Assembly (NCBI GenBank): GCA_965287045.1
Contig: OZ336872.1
Location: forward strand, 97,278,001-97,342,000
Length of the DNA: 64,000 nucleotides
Reading direction: 5' to 3'
Origin: Carcharhinus amblyrhynchos
Taxonomy: Eukaryota
The notes under the pieces were generated by a model, which was not told the DNA's origin, searched no databases, and saw only the letters and a program-made list of their open reading frames with translations. Of this stretch, positions 24,677 to 38,867 are shown piece after piece. The number at the start of each line of letters is the position of its first letter. Within the stretch, counting starts at the first letter, position 1. The position numbers and the translations under genes were made by a program.

Positions 24677-27600
24677 ACTGTAATATATCAAGCTCGTTAA
24701 GAATTTTTATCTTTTTCAATGAGGTCACCTCTCATTCTCCCTAAACTCCCAGGCCTAGTCTAGATAACCTCTCCAGGTAAGATAATCCCCTCATCCTGAA
24801 AATCAGTATAGTGAACCTTAATCACTCTCCCTCAAAAACAAGCATATTATCCCTCAGGAAAGGAGATCAAGACTGTGAACAATACTCCAGACGTGTCCTC
24901 ATCAAAGAACTGCAGTAGAATAAATGGATCAATGCATTAAGCAATCCAATCGATTTACAGTATATGGAACCATTACAATTCAGTGGTATCAGTGTAGGTA
25001 ATGCCTGAAGCTTTCTATTATTTACAGGAACAATGTTAAATTTCTAATCGTTTTATCAAGCATGACAAATGCTCTACAGGAATTATTGATCATTTCTGGA
25101 AAACTGACAGTTTTAATTATTTTGCATATTTTTATTTTCATCTTTTCTAGAAATATATCCTTGCAGAGGTTATTCTGTAACAACAGACTGAAGTGAAAGT
25201 AGTTGGATACACAGAGTGCCAAATTTCACTTCTGGCACAAGTGCTGTGACAACACTGCCGCAAAATGCAATTTTCAATACCACGATACTAAACATAATAT
25301 TTATTGATTAGTGTCAGTAGTTTGCAACTGCAAATTAATATTTTTAAAACTAGTGTCCCGAATGTGAATTCTGATTATCCCTCCTTCTAAAGTTGCATTG
25401 AAATTCTCACGGGTTTGTGAGCTTTTCTTGTAGGGTCGTCAGATTCCAGCTTCCCTCCCCTCAGTTTTCCCTCTGCCTTGCATTGTTCATCTTCTTCATC
25501 CACCTTCCTGCCCCTTGGCCTGGCATCATGAGTCCTCATCAAACCTGCCACCTCCTTTACACAGCCCTCCTTCCACCTTGCCCTCTTGTCTTCATCAGGC
25601 CTGCACCCCTCTTCCCCTCATCTCACACTCAACCCCGGACAAAACTTTGGACCTTTCTTGCGATAGTTGCATGCGTCACACAGCACAGTGGTGTTCAGAA
25701 ATGCTGTGCTGCACCAAGGGCAAGGAGACTCTTGTACTCACCAACCCCAGGCGCTGTACTGATCAATAGGCCTAGTAGCATGAAGCTGTCCATGAACACC
25801 AGGTCGGCATGTAGATGGAAGCAAAGAACCAGTCTGCTGTGGCAGAGTGGTAAACAGCGTAATAGGCGCAAGCAGTACGATGGTAGAAAAGATTTGGTGC
25901 ACTCACTTCAAAATCTCTTGCAAACTGAGGACCACGCTTTCGATCAGCATAATTTCATGCTGGTGTGACACAAGATTGGAAGGCCTCTTGGGACACCACC
26001 GGCAGATGTTTTAATGAGCATTTATGATATGCAAATGAATGCAAATGGTGTTCGTGCCATTAGCTAGCAGGAAGAACAACCCGACATTGGGTGAACTGCA
26101 ATGTGACTTTACATCAGTGGGTATCCAACTTTTTGGCTCCTGCTGGATTTTCTGTTACTGCCCATCACCAAATCCACCATGTGTGGGATGGGAGAATTCC
26201 ACCCAATGGGATTGGCCTTCCCAGTATTTAGTTACAGAAAATTTATGCTCAGAATTCTTGATGTCAGACAAGCAACATAGCAAATCAGAGAGAATGGAGG
26301 GTTTGAGAGAAGTGGTGGTAAGGAGCAGACCATTCAACTGCTCAAGCCAGTTCAGCCTTGCAATGTAACTATGGCTGATCTTTACCGCAGTCCCATTTGC
26401 TTGCCTTTGCTCCATTCCCCATAATAGGCTTATCCACCAAAAACCTAGTGGTCTTGCATCTAGACTCTTCGATTAATCCAACATCTATAACCTTTTAAGG
26501 AAACAAGTTCCAACTATCCATTCCACTTTGTGTGGAAGAACTTCTTCCTGATTTTGTTCAACAGCAAAGTTCTAATTTTAAGATCAAGACCTCTTGTTCT
26601 GGATTCCCCCATCAATGTGATTTTTTTTCTGTCTTTGCCTAATCAAATCCCTTTATCATCTGAAATTCTCCCCACAACCTTCTAAGTAACCTGGTCTCAT
26701 AAGTTAAGGCTTTTAAGCCCTGGTATCACCTGTGTTCCAAACAGCACCAGGAGCAGAATTTTATGCCCCCCCCCCCACCCCCACCATGGACTTTAGAATG
26801 ACTCACCACATTTTACTGCCCACTGCACTGGGACCATAGAATGCCACTCCAGATGTTTCAAATGCCCAATTTAAAGATTGTGAACCTTTGTATTCAAAAA
26901 CATTGGAAATGACCTATTGGGATCAGTGATTTTTATTAATTTTGCTGCATAAAATTTGAAATCATTAATTAAATTGAATAATGGCAAAGCTGGAGAGTAC
27001 AGGCCCAGCATTGTGCTAAAGTTCCAACCTCCAATACTTTGCCAGTAGATATTTCCTTTATGATACCAACCACCCTTGCACCTTCTCGAAGTAAAACTGC
27101 CACTAGTATTTATTCAGAAAATAGAGATTGTTTAGAACAGAACATTTAGAAACATTTAGAACAAGTAACAAAATAATGATTAAGGAAAAGGCAAACATAA
27201 AGCAAAATGCTGCAAACTGAAATATCAATACATCTGTTGTGCGATTCCTGGGGTGGGTTCCAGCCACACATGAGTCATCTAATATAGACAGATAAATACT
27301 AGATACAAATTCAGCACATCCAGTAGCTTGCTGTACTGAATTAAGATGTGGGTCAACACATGTATCTGCCAGAAACGAATGAAAATATCCACCTAGAAAA
27401 TATTAGCTTTGTAATTCGTGTCTTGTTTTGAGCATCAGCATCTTGTGTGAACTATACTGTACAATGTAAGATACTAAGCAGATACTCCAATAGATGGTCG
27501 ACTCCTTCGTCGCATTTGCTTGGATGGCAGGAGTGGAGTCAGGGGAGGGTGGAGGGGAATGTGGAGGATGTGACCCATAGCACAACCAGGCTGGATGTTC

Positions 27601-28227
27601 CAGGCCCCTGTGGAATTGGGGTTGGAGGTGGGGAGCAGTGTTGCTGATTCTCCTGATACATTCCGACCTCAGGGAGACTTTCCCATGGATGGGCTAGACA
27701 CCAAGTCACCTGCCCAGAGAGGGTGCTGCCTGACATTGCTGCGGGTCCTCAGACTGGATTTCCAGCAACACAAACACGCCACCTTCCTATATAAGATGGT
27801 GAGGAACACAGCCCCCACCCTGTCTGAGATGGTGAGCGCAGAGGCAGCAACCTCCTGGAAGGTTGCACCAGAGGATTCACTGGTAACATGAACAAGCTCT
27901 AGATCTCCACCTGGGCCCAAAGTTGGGGTTAGGATGCCAGCCAGAAAATCCAACTCATTTTGTGCTTACGTAGTTTGGCAGGACAGCCTCACTCCCTACC
28001 CTCCACATAGCACTTCCTTTGAACACCTTCTGCATTATGGCATATCTCTCTGATGAGTCAATGCTGCTTCCTTCAGTGATATCCAGGCACTGTAGAACTA
28101 GATCTTAGTTGCTCTCATTGTTTCAAAACAAAAATTAATGTTCTGTAAAAAGAACAGTTGATTAACACACAATTAAAATTGATCTGCAAAGAGAGCATTC
28201 ATCACAATTCACCTCATTGCTTTACAT

Positions 28228-28690
28228 GGAGATGAGATGGTCTACTGGTATTATTGTTATACATTTAATCCAAAAACTCAGCTATTGTTCCGGAGACCCG
28301 GGTTCTAATCCTGCCACAGCAGATGGTGGAATTTGAATTCAATAAAAAAAATCTGGAGTTAAGAATCTCCGGATGACAGTGAAACCATTGTCAGAAGAAC
28401 CCATCCAGTTCACTAATGTCCTTTAGGGAAAGAAATCTGCCATCCTTATCTGGTCTGGCCTACACGTGACTCCAGAGCCACAGCAATGTTAAAAAGCTAA
28501 AGTTTATTTATTAGTCACAAGTAAGGCTTACATTAACACTGCAATGAAGTTTCTGAGAAATTCCCCTATGTGGTTGACTCTCACCTGCTGTCTGAAATGA
28601 TCAAGCCATTTGCTTTCTCAGGGGCAACGAGGAATAGGCAATAAATGTTGGCCAGCCAGCGATGCCCATGTCCCATGAATGAATTTAAAA
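28228..28690 (+). mobile_element. tRNA-derived SINE (second family) carrying an inserted antisense HE1-type tail at about 28495-28566
   Basis: B-box-like gggttctaatcc, 3' end ggcaataaatgttggccagccagcgatgcccatgtcccatgaatgaa, and internal aaagtttatttattagtcacaagtaaggcttacattaacactgcaatgaag. Confidence 0.6.
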
Positions 28691-30997
28691 AATTAAAACT
28701 GCTTATCATTTTGTAATGCCTTCCTTTGACAAGTGGCTCTAGAGTGAGTTAGTTGCTCTTATTCTTTCGTTAGCACACGTCACAGGAAGAATAAATCACA
28801 GCCCACTTGACCGTGGCTCTTATTCTCCACTGCACTGAATTCTGCAAGAGACTATAATTCTCTTAGACTTGCTGGAGAACCGTGATTAGCTGCATTTGAA
28901 GTGATTTTTACATGTGATTACTGCTGGTTAATGGCTTCACAATTTTTTTGAAGAACTGGTTTGGGAATTACAATGAATGGCATGAAAAAAACGTTGCTGG
29001 AAACTCTTGACTCTTAATGAATAGATGATTTAGTCAGGAACAAATTGACAAAAGTGTACAAACAAGTTGTGCCCGTTCAGCGTGTGGTCAAAGCTAGTTT
29101 GACTTAGCAAATCCAAACTGCTACAAATGTTTTTGAAAATGTTGTGGATAAATTAATTTGTCCTCACACACTGCTGCATGCAATTTGCTTGAAATGTTAA
29201 TTAGGGCATCTTGGAGAATATGGCAGATGCTGGGAGGTGTGGTGTGTGGGTGGAGATTGCCTCATCACCTTAGCTGCATGCTTGTCAAACAGTGCGTTAG
29301 CATAAATCAGCTAATGAACAGGAAAATCTCATCTTGGTTTCTCTTCCTTTCCTGTGCTGCTTCTTTGAACTAACTGGACATCTGGAGCGACAGTTTTCAG
29401 GTGGGAATCTGTAGGTGGGGCACACTGGATCAGTCCAGTGAGACCAGCCGCCTCCGTTGTACATTGCTGGGACCTACACACAGTGGGAGGTTTACAAAGG
29501 CCTTCGTATTCATTAAAAAACCAAACCAGCTAGTATGCTGTTGGTTGTGCCTGCTGAAGCCTGTGTAGCTAGTTGTCTTTTTAAAAGTTATTCCCGAGTG
29601 TATGTGAGTGCAGCAGGGAGCAGCTGCTGGCAGTGAATCGAAGGGCTGCAGCTTCCTTTGTTCAGTGATGAATGAAGAAAGTTTTGTGGCTAAGTGCAAT
29701 CTTCTGCAAAAGTATTGTATTGAGCCAAAGGCACGACTGTTTTGGGGCAGAACAAAGCTTTCTAATCTCCCATGTGCAGTCCACAGTGGAAAGGCTGTTC
29801 GAAGTTGAAGGTTCACTACAGGGGCCCAGACGGTTGAGGGTTTTCACATTTGGGGGTTAATCTGGTGTTTACTGAGGAATGAAATGAAGTGCAGAAGTTG
29901 GCATTCAACTGCTGCATTCACAATGGATATCACACATGTCCAGTGAGCTGCAGAATTAGTCCTATTGTTTTCCTCCGTCACATAAATACTGACAAACCAG
30001 AAAATGAAGATTTGCATGAACGCGCATGTGTAAAAATATTTCCGTCAATGTGTCAGAAGCTATTTTTCAGGAACTGCTTCAGAACACAAAAATGTCTTTT
30101 TGGACATTGCAGTGTTATAAGGGAATGGGCAGTGAGCACAGGCTGTTTTCATTCTCCATGAAGAAGGATGCACTGCTTTTCTGTTCATCCTTGTAGTCAG
30201 AGTACTGGAAGTTGGTGGTTTGCTTGTTCAATGACAAAGGAAAGAATTAGAACAGTCTCCCTGGTTGTAAATTATACACACAATGGGGAGGGTTAAATGG
30301 CGAGACCATTGTTGTCTGAGCACTATTTTCACAGGCCTGTAGTAAGGCTGTTATAATCAAATATCATTTCTAGGCAGAAAATAATTTTATGACGTAACTG
30401 ATTTATCCCTCTTAGGAGAGGGACCTTACTCACTCAGTCGTAAGTTAGCGATCCTCCCTTAGTTCTGGAATCTATTTTGTTATGCTCTCTATCCCTGCAT
30501 GCAATGTGTGCTGGTAACACAAAGTCCAGTGATTGGTTTAGGGCAGAGGGTATTAACTGGGGCACTTTGCCAACCGCGCTCAAGTGTACAGCTGCGAGTT
30601 GCTTTTGCAGATGCTGTACCAGTTACAGCAATTATTAGAATTGCTCACTTAATGTATTTCATGGGATGGAGCCCACAACGACAACTCTCAGGCAAGCAGC
30701 TGATTATGTGTGCTAAAAGTGCCCCAATTATTTCTCTGAAAGATGGTGCTGTGTGCCATTTGTTTTCAACCAATCAGAACAATTATTCCCTCTTGGCACA
30801 TATATTCTGTGAGCATGGCCATCCCCAAATAAGGAAACACTTGAGCAAATTCACCAATACTGATCTGCCAGTGGAGAGTGTACTCAAAGGGAGTGTGGCT
30901 GAGAATAATCAATACTACATTGTGGTCCTGCATCTGACCTGCAAGTGTGACTTGCCACTGTTGGCGCAGGAGTGGTGAAATTACTATAACTAAATCA

Positions 30998-32095
30998 ACA
31001 CAACAATTTGTATTTCTATCATGTTTTTAATGATCCAAGATTCTTCACAGGAACATTCGAAAAGAAAATATGACACTATAATGAGATATTGATAAGATGA
31101 TGAAAACCTTGCTGGCAGAGGTAGGCTTTGAGGACTGTCTTCAAGGAGGAAAGAGAGGTAAAGTGATGGAGAGTTTTTGGGAAGGAATTCTAGAGCTTGG
31201 GGTCCACGCAGCTAAAGGCAGTGGTGGAGAAATGAAATTCAGGTATGCTCAAGAGGCAGATATCTCAGGGGGTTTGAAGGTTGGAAGAGATTACAGATAC
31301 AGGGAGGAGCAAGGCCGTAGAGTTACTTGAAAACATGGGTGAGAATTTTAAATTCAAGGCATTGCTATATTGAGAGCCAGTGTGGGTTAGGGGCTCAGGG
31401 GTGATGGGGAATTGGACTTGGTGTGAGTTAGGACAGACAGGATAGTTTTTGATAGCATCATGCTGCAGAGTGTACAACATGGATCACTGACAGGAGTGTA
31501 TCAAATAGTCCAGTCTCAAAGTAGCAAAAACATGAATGAGAGTTTCAGCATGAAACTGAGGCAAGGGCAAAGTCGAGCAACATTACAGGGGGAGAAATGG
31601 GCACTGTTCGTGATGGCACCAACATGTGGTCCGAAGTTCACCTTGGGATCAAGCGACATCATGATTGCAAACAGTCTGTCAGCCTCAGACAGTTGTCAGG
31701 AAGAGGAATGGAGCCAGCGGCGAGGGAGCAGAGTTTCTGTCTGAGATCAAAAACATTGTCTTCAAGCTTCCCAACATTTCATTGGAGGAAATTTCTGCTC
31801 ACCTCGCAGTCAGACATTCAAATTTCTGCTCATTGGACAGGCAGTCTAATAATTTGCAGACAATGATGGAGTTGAGAGAGGAGGTAGGCCAGTAGAATCT
31901 GGTGTTATCGGTGTACATGTGGAAACTGAAGTTGTGTTTTCAGGTGATGTCACCGAGATGAAGCATGTAGTTGAGAAATAAAAGGGGGTCAAGGATATAT
32001 CCTTGGAATATTACCAGGAAGGGAACAGGAAGAGAAGCCATTGCAAGTGATTCTCTGGTTACAACTACATAGGTAAAAATAGAACCAAGCGATAT
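30998..32095 (-). mobile_element. L2-type LINE fragment
   Basis: Starts with a (caa)n tail and the L2 3' region seen in other copies, followed by decayed RT-like sequence. Confidence 0.55.
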
Positions 32096-34133
32096 AAAGA
32101 AGACCTAAGTTGTAAATTACCTTGATTGGTAACTTGTCATCTATTATCATTTCTATCCTCACCCATCAACCTTCCCTGTTGCTTCCTAGAGATTTCCAAA
32201 TTCTTATTCTCTGTGTCTCTCACTCTCTGTGTCCTTAAATCTCACTGTAACCTAACCACCCCTCCTTCTAGCATGCCTGCCTCCTCGTTCCGTAGATTTC
32301 CTAGATGCAGGTCTGTAGGAGTTATACGAGTAATACTATAAATTCAGCTTTGAGTTCTCAAATGTAGTGTCAGATTGCTCTTGAATAATTGGCCTTTGCA
32401 GCCAGCAATTCAATTATTCATTCACAATAAAGGCACTTTGTGATATGACTGGCGTTGTAGTCAGTGCCAACAGTTTTCAGGATTAAGAAACTTATGGCAA
32501 TAGAACGTGTCCTGTTCCCAACCCATAGTTAATATTGGTGATGCATTAGGTAATGCTGCCTCCCTTGTGCCCGTCAGTTTATACTCATTGCACACAACTG
32601 GGTTCTCCCAATCAAAATTCAGAGCATTGGATCACAGACATTATGACATGTTCACATCTGATTAAGTGCTGGAGCACCAACATGTTTCTGAACTCCAGTG
32701 ATATACACATAACCCTGTGCGTATCCATTGCAGGTCTGAGGGGGCAGAGCCACATGATGCAAATTGCACTTGGCAGCACCCATTGCTTGGACACAATGGG
32801 TGCCATTTGAGGACCAACATAGACTGAGAAATATGCACACACTTCTGCCATGAGTCATAACAGATGCCATCTTGGTGAAGGCATTACTTCAGACATAATT
32901 AACATCTAGTGGAATTATGTAGCACAGACTGATTTGATACCAGTGGTGTTATTTTAGAGCTAAACACACCAGCTAACACTCTATCTTGCTACATACACAA
33001 CTGAGTATGCATTAAGCAACACAAAGTAAACCCCCACCAGTGCCTAATAAAGGGATCACCAAGTATTTACAGATTAGCTGCTGGCTGATTTCTTCTGGCA
33101 CTTGCTACAATTTAATGCTTTCTATCGTTGTTTCAAGTCTCAAGGAGGGTGATGTGGCAGGTGTTAAAGCAATTTTTACTGATCTGCACAAACAAGTTGC
33201 TTCCAGATCTGGATGTAGGAATAAGCATTCCGCTTGGAATACAGCATTAGTTGGAGTTATGGCATCCATACCAATAATAAGACCACCTATTTCCACAATC
33301 AGAAAGCAAATTGTGGCTCTGGTTTTCTAAGAGCTATGTTGCGAACAAGAGTAGGAGTAGGCTGTTCAACCCCTTGAGCCTGCCCCCTATTTATTAAGAT
33401 CATGTCTGATCTGATAGTGACCTCAAATCTGCATTCCACTTGCTCCTGATAACCTATCAACTCCCCTCCCTTCCACTTACTTACCAAGAATCTATCCACT
33501 TCTGCCTCAGATTATCCAAAGACTCTGCACCCACCACCTTTTCAGGAAGAGAGTCCCAAAAACTCAAGACCATCTGAGAGAAAAACATTTACCTCATATC
33601 CATTTTAAATGGGCTTTGAAAACAAAGGGATTTTGCCTGATGGTCCCTTTGAGCAATTTTCTTTTGACTTATCTCCACACGCACACGTCTTATCTTTTGG
33701 GGAAGAGTGGGGTGCGAAGTGGTGGATTGATTTCTGAGCTAATTATCAGCCCGTTAAACTGCGTTATGAATGCTCCTTCCATGGCTAACAAGTCCTGGCT
33801 TTAGATTTGAAACTAGAGCTTCTGATCCAGAGATAGGGACATGACCCACTGCGCCACAAGACTGGTAGTGTGAACTAGCATTGCAGCAATCTGAACTTTC
33901 ACTGCAGCAGTCAGATGCTGGCTTTGTGCAGCTTATACTGCAATGGAGACTGAGATATTGGCCATCAGATGCTGAATCATGGTTGGGTTTGCAGTGTGCA
34001 AGTGGAGTTGACCAACACTTCAGTGCTGAGAAGAATGGGTTCCAAATTCTGCGCAGAGTACTGTGCCAACCTGAACTCCTTCATGCTCCTTAACATTGAC
34101 TGGCAGACTTTTCAATGCACCAAATATTTTGTT

Positions 34134-34494
34134 ATAGAACCCTATAGAATCCCAGCAGTGCAGAAAAAGGCTATTTGGCCCATTGAGTTTGCACTGACTC
34201 TCCAACCCTCTTTACAAGACCCACCCCCTGTCCTATGCCCATAGCCCCACACATTTATTCTGCTAAACCCCCTAACCTATACATCTTTGGATGCTATGGG
34301 GCAATTTAGCCTGGTCAAAACACCTAACCTACAATTCTTTGGACTGTGGGAGGAAACCTGAGAGCTCCCAGAGGAAACCCACACAGGCACAGAGAAAACA
34401 TGTAAACTTCACACAGTCACCCAAGGCTAGAATCAAATCTGGGTCCCTGTTGTTGTAAGGCAGCAGTGCTCACCACTGTGCCACCATGTTGCCC
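34134..34494 (-). mobile_element. HE1/V-SINE, type A
   Basis: Reverse-complement head, core and tail. Confidence 0.8.
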
Positions 34495-34614
34495 GCATGC
34501 CTATTTTGAGTGCATGTTCTGTGCTATGGTATGATGGTTCGAGTCAGATTCTTAAAAGAAGGAAAGAGAAGAATAGTGAGAGCTCAGGGTCTTGGCAACT
34601 GAAAGTATAACCAC

Positions 34615-35648
34615 TGTTAGGATATGAGATCAGAAACCTCAAGGTATAATACGAAGGGACTAGACCTCAACTGTCCACTGTTTTGGCATTAATGTAAGGA
34701 TGAGGTGTTTCACTCCATGTGTGATTCTAATTACACACCAGGAAATTTTTAGCAAAACAAAATTTATTTAACAATACAGTTTAACTATAACAAATGAATT
34801 AGCTTAACCTTTACTAATTGAAATATTGGCAAGATACAGTTCTTAACGGCTAACCTATCCCTATGAGTTCCAATTCAAGCAATATTCTTCGTACAGACTT
34901 AAAACCTCTCTTCAAAAACAGTTAGCAAACAAGACAGGCTTTCATGTTTTTACTGATTAACAGGCCTGGAGTCTTTTGAACATCTCTGGAGAAAGAGAGA
35001 GAGATATCTGTTATCTGACAGTCCCAAACAGGAGCCTTCGGAGAGGGAGAGAGAGACAGAGAGCCAGAAGGACACTTCTTGTTTCTTTCAGAACCAGGCA
35101 GAAACACTAACTGTTTTTCCCTGTAAGCTTAACTCCACCCATTGGCACAAGACTCTTACCTCTTGTCAATCAAGCTAATCAAACCCTACTCTGAAACCCT
35201 ACTTTTCCCCCAAGGGGAAAAGCAAATAAATAAAAATGCATTAACTCAGATTAAAGCAAATGCATCCCTCGCTAAAATCAATCATTAGCCTGCATTTTCA
35301 ACATGTGAGCTGTATGGTGCAGACAAATTGACATTGTGTAAAACAGAACTGAATTTTAAACATGCCCCTAACAAGAAACATAGAAGATAGGAGGGAGAAG
35401 AGGCCATTTGGCCCTTCGAGCCTGCTCTACCATTTATCACAATCATGGCTGATCCTCTGATTCAATAGCCTAATCCTGCTTTCTACCCATAAAATTTGAT
35501 CCCATTCACCCTAATTGCTAAATCTAGCTGCCTCCTGAACACATTCAACATTTTGCCATCAACTACTTCCTTTGGTAATGAAATAGAAATATAGAAAATA
35601 TAAATAACAGGATATAAATAAATTTATTAAAGGCATAGAATCATCACA
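34615..35648. mobile_element. Solo LTR (Gypsy-like) with 4-bp target-site duplication CCAC, containing a CR1 3' fragment at about 35372-35585
   Basis: ccac|TGTTAG ... ATCACA|ccac. The flanks rejoin into one L2-like fragment. Confidence 0.7.
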
Positions 35649-38181
35649 CCACCAATAGTGAAGGGATGAAAATCGAGGATGCTCAAGAGGTTGGCATTTG
35701 AGGAACACAGAAATCTCAGTATGTTGTGGGGCTGGAGGAGGTTACTGTTATAGGGAGGGATGAAGCCATGAAGAGATTTGAAAACAAGAATCAGAATGTT
35801 AAGATCAAGGTGTTGCTGGACAAGGAGGCAGTGTAGGTCAGTGACTCGGGATGATGGTTGATCCTACTGTTTAGCTGTTCAAAGGACTTCGTGGAGTTGC
35901 TGCCAATGAAGTAAAAATGAAACTTGGTTTCCTGTACTACTGTTTTCACATTCAGCTAAAGGTAAATCTGATTAAAAAGAGCAGAATGATAGCTGAAAAA
36001 CTACCAGCCTGAGAACTTGGCTTTATGGCCCTCTGTTGGTAGGATGTATATTTCTATGGATTTTCCCAGTGAAGCGCAGAGATCTTTGATTCAACAACAC
36101 CTTGATGTTGACATGAAGATTTGTTTATATTCTTTCAATAAAATGTCTCAAATACATCTGATAATTTCTGCTATCTAATTTGTGCTAAATGGTATTGCAA
36201 ATACCAGATTAAACTATTTTCTTCCAAGCATTAATGTAATGGCTACCACCTACACAATTCAAATCGTAAACTCAAAAACCTTGTTCGGATGGTTTTGGAT
36301 ATTAAACCCTCATTGGATTGGAGTGCTCTCTGGTGGTGCACATTGTTATAATTTTATTTGTGATATTATCAATTAGCTTATTCAGAGAACAGCTATAGTC
36401 ATCTTTCTGGATGGAAGATTTTCTTCCTGTGTTGCCCACCTATCCTTTCAAGCATTTTAATAGCAACATACCTCTAATAAAAACATAGGAAAATGATTAA
36501 CCGCATATGATAGGATGTAAAATATATCCAAGCTTACTAGGGCAGTAATTGAGCAATCAAGATATGGAGGTTGCCAACTGGTATTGATTCTTTGTGTCAT
36601 CATATTAGGAGCTAAATACTGAATTGAAGATATCAGTTTGGGAAGATGCAAATTTGATCCAATTTGACTTGGATTCCCTTGAGAAAAGTAAGTACAGTAA
36701 ACATGTGTCACCATGCCTGAAATAGGTAAATAAGTGTCGTAGTGGTTAAACATATTGCTGATTTTAAAACCACACCAAGGAAATGAAAAAGACCCACCTC
36801 AGTGCTTTGCTACCTGGGATTGAGGTTAACCCTTTGCTGGATAGAGCTGGATAGAGAAGAGGTTTACTGGTTACTGTCAGGAATACTGAAGGTTGAAACT
36901 GGAGCCAATAATAAAAAGGGTGTTTCATTCCTCACTTCAGCATGTTGGAAAATGTCATTATATAAAAATGTTGCCAAGGTAAAGGCCGGTGCTGGTACTT
37001 TGCTTTCTGTTTAGGATTATTTCTCACTCGTGCATGAGAGTGGTTTATTTTGATTTGCACCTTTCTTCCATGATAACATCAGAGTTTTTGCATTTTTTTT
37101 TACTAGGCAGTTCTGTGCATGAAGGTCAGGGGAGGGGAACTAATTTTGTGTTTGCCTGGGTCTATTCCCACCCTTTGATTACAGTAAGTATCTGAACTGC
37201 AGATTGTCTGAGAAGTCTGACTTCTCCAAGGCTTCTCTCCCTCCTTTAAGATATTCCTCAAAACCCACCTCTTTGACCAAGATTTTGGTTACCTGCCAAA
37301 ACTGACCAAATAAGGGTCCCTGCCTCTTTACAAGACAACACAAGTGGGACCATTATCAGAGACTCCTCTGGAGCCCAATGAGGTGCTAAGCTTGCAGTGC
37401 AGTTTCAATTTTCAATTGTGACAAACACCTTTGTGTTCGCTGTTTTTGGGAACCCACCTCCTGGGCCATTATCCCTTTATATGGTTCACAGTCCTGTTTA
37501 TTTATCGTAATGTTTTATGTTTAAGGTGATATATAAGTTATTATTGTGTGAGAATCATTTTACCTGAAGAAGTATTTGATCGTCTGAAGTTAACCACTCT
37601 TTAAGTTCAAAATTTAAGTCCATTGATCTCTAAATGCACTTTCCTACCTGGAATATCTTTGACCACTGCTAGAATTCTAGCAATAATAGTGGCCCTCTCC
37701 CCGAAACAAAAAAAATCCTGTCCCCTATCTGTAGTCAAGTCCAGAAATATAGCATGCTGCACAGCAAAAGTGAATGCACTGAGCAAAATGCAGCTTACTG
37801 TCAATGTCTCCTTTGAAACAAAACAATAACTTTGAAGTCAACTGTTGTAGTTGAAGCCTAAGCATTGAATTTCAGTAGTCTAGGTCAGTGGGTTCATGAT
37901 GTGCTATTTTAATTTGAATAAAGTAAAGCTCCCCGGGTAAATGAGAATTCCAAATGGGGCTTTTTAATAATTCTTGCCTCTCAACAAGGTCTACACTGGT
38001 CAATATTGTGACCTTTTTTTGACTGACAATACACTTCACTGTAAACTGCCCCAAACAGATCATCAGTTCACCACTGGCCAACCCCTGATTACCAGATACT
38101 ATTGGGAACATATTGTACAATCGATATGCTGACTGATACACTATACAGTTAACAAGAAATCTGCTTTATTTTGGTTTGTAG

Positions 38182-38305
38182 GTCCGCCCCATCCCAAGCT
38201 GCTGCTCCTGGTGCAGGAGGACCTCCTGGAGATGGAGGACCAACGCAACCCGTCAACACCACGAGCAACAGACGACTGCAGCAAACACAGGCTCAAGTGG
38301 ATGAG
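38182..38305 (+). CDS. VAMP2: Synaptobrevin/VAMP (VAMP2-like) coding exon 2
   Basis: Acceptor ttttggtttgtag|G and donor GAG|gtaggt. Encodes (M)SAPSQAAAPGAGGPPGDGGPTQPVNTTSNRRLQQTQAQVDE, a Pro/Gly-rich N-terminus plus the start of the R-SNARE motif. The leading G completes an ATG split across intron 1, as in vertebrate VAMP1/2/3. The paralog assignment is less certain than the exon itself. Confidence 0.93.
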
Positions 38306-38848
38306 GTAGGTTCCATTGCTCTGTGGCTGAGTTCAGGAAAAGGAAACTTAAACCCAGGGTCATTTGACCAAGCCGATTCTAAGACGTAGCACATAGGAGT
38401 TGTATCAGGAAAACGGTTTTAAAACAAGCTATCTTCAGGCGACTGATTTACTCCCTTTGGAAATTTTACAATCACTTGAAATAAGACCATTCCCAAATTA
38501 TGGATGGGGAAGCGGAAATATTGTGGGGTAGGATTGGTCTGATTACCACATGGGAATAGGTGTGTACATTTCCAGACATGAGCAGTTTCAGTTTAAGATA
38601 GGCCACCAGAGGCACTGTGAAATTCTAAGAAAAGCCAGAACGCACCACTGGCTATCTGAGTACATGATGTTAACAACAGCCTAGTCATGTGGTCTCAGTC
38701 TCATCTCCCAGAAGAAAAACCCTATGATTTATAAGGAAATTATAAAATAGCTCTCAGTTTCCCACTACTTAGGAATGGACACTTTATTTGTGCAGTAATG
38801 AATGAGCTCCAAACCGTATTTGGCCTGAATTCTTTCATTTGCGTCAGT

Positions 38849-38867
38849 CAGCCACTAGGTGGCCCTA
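38849..38867 (+). promoter_or_regulatory. Candidate CTCF site
   Basis: cagCCACTAGGTGGCccta closely matches the CTCF core CCASYAGRKGGC. Confidence 0.4.

Noticed and set aside
25417-25968. 183-aa ORF
   Set aside because: No recognisable family or splice structure. It overlaps pyrimidine-rich sequence and transposon debris.
26739-26760. RE1/NRSE-like site (aacagcaccaggagcag)
   Set aside because: Only the left half-site matches. The spacing and right half deviate from the consensus.
30499-30978. 159-aa ORF
   Set aside because: No recognisable motif; likely a chance ORF in non-coding sequence.
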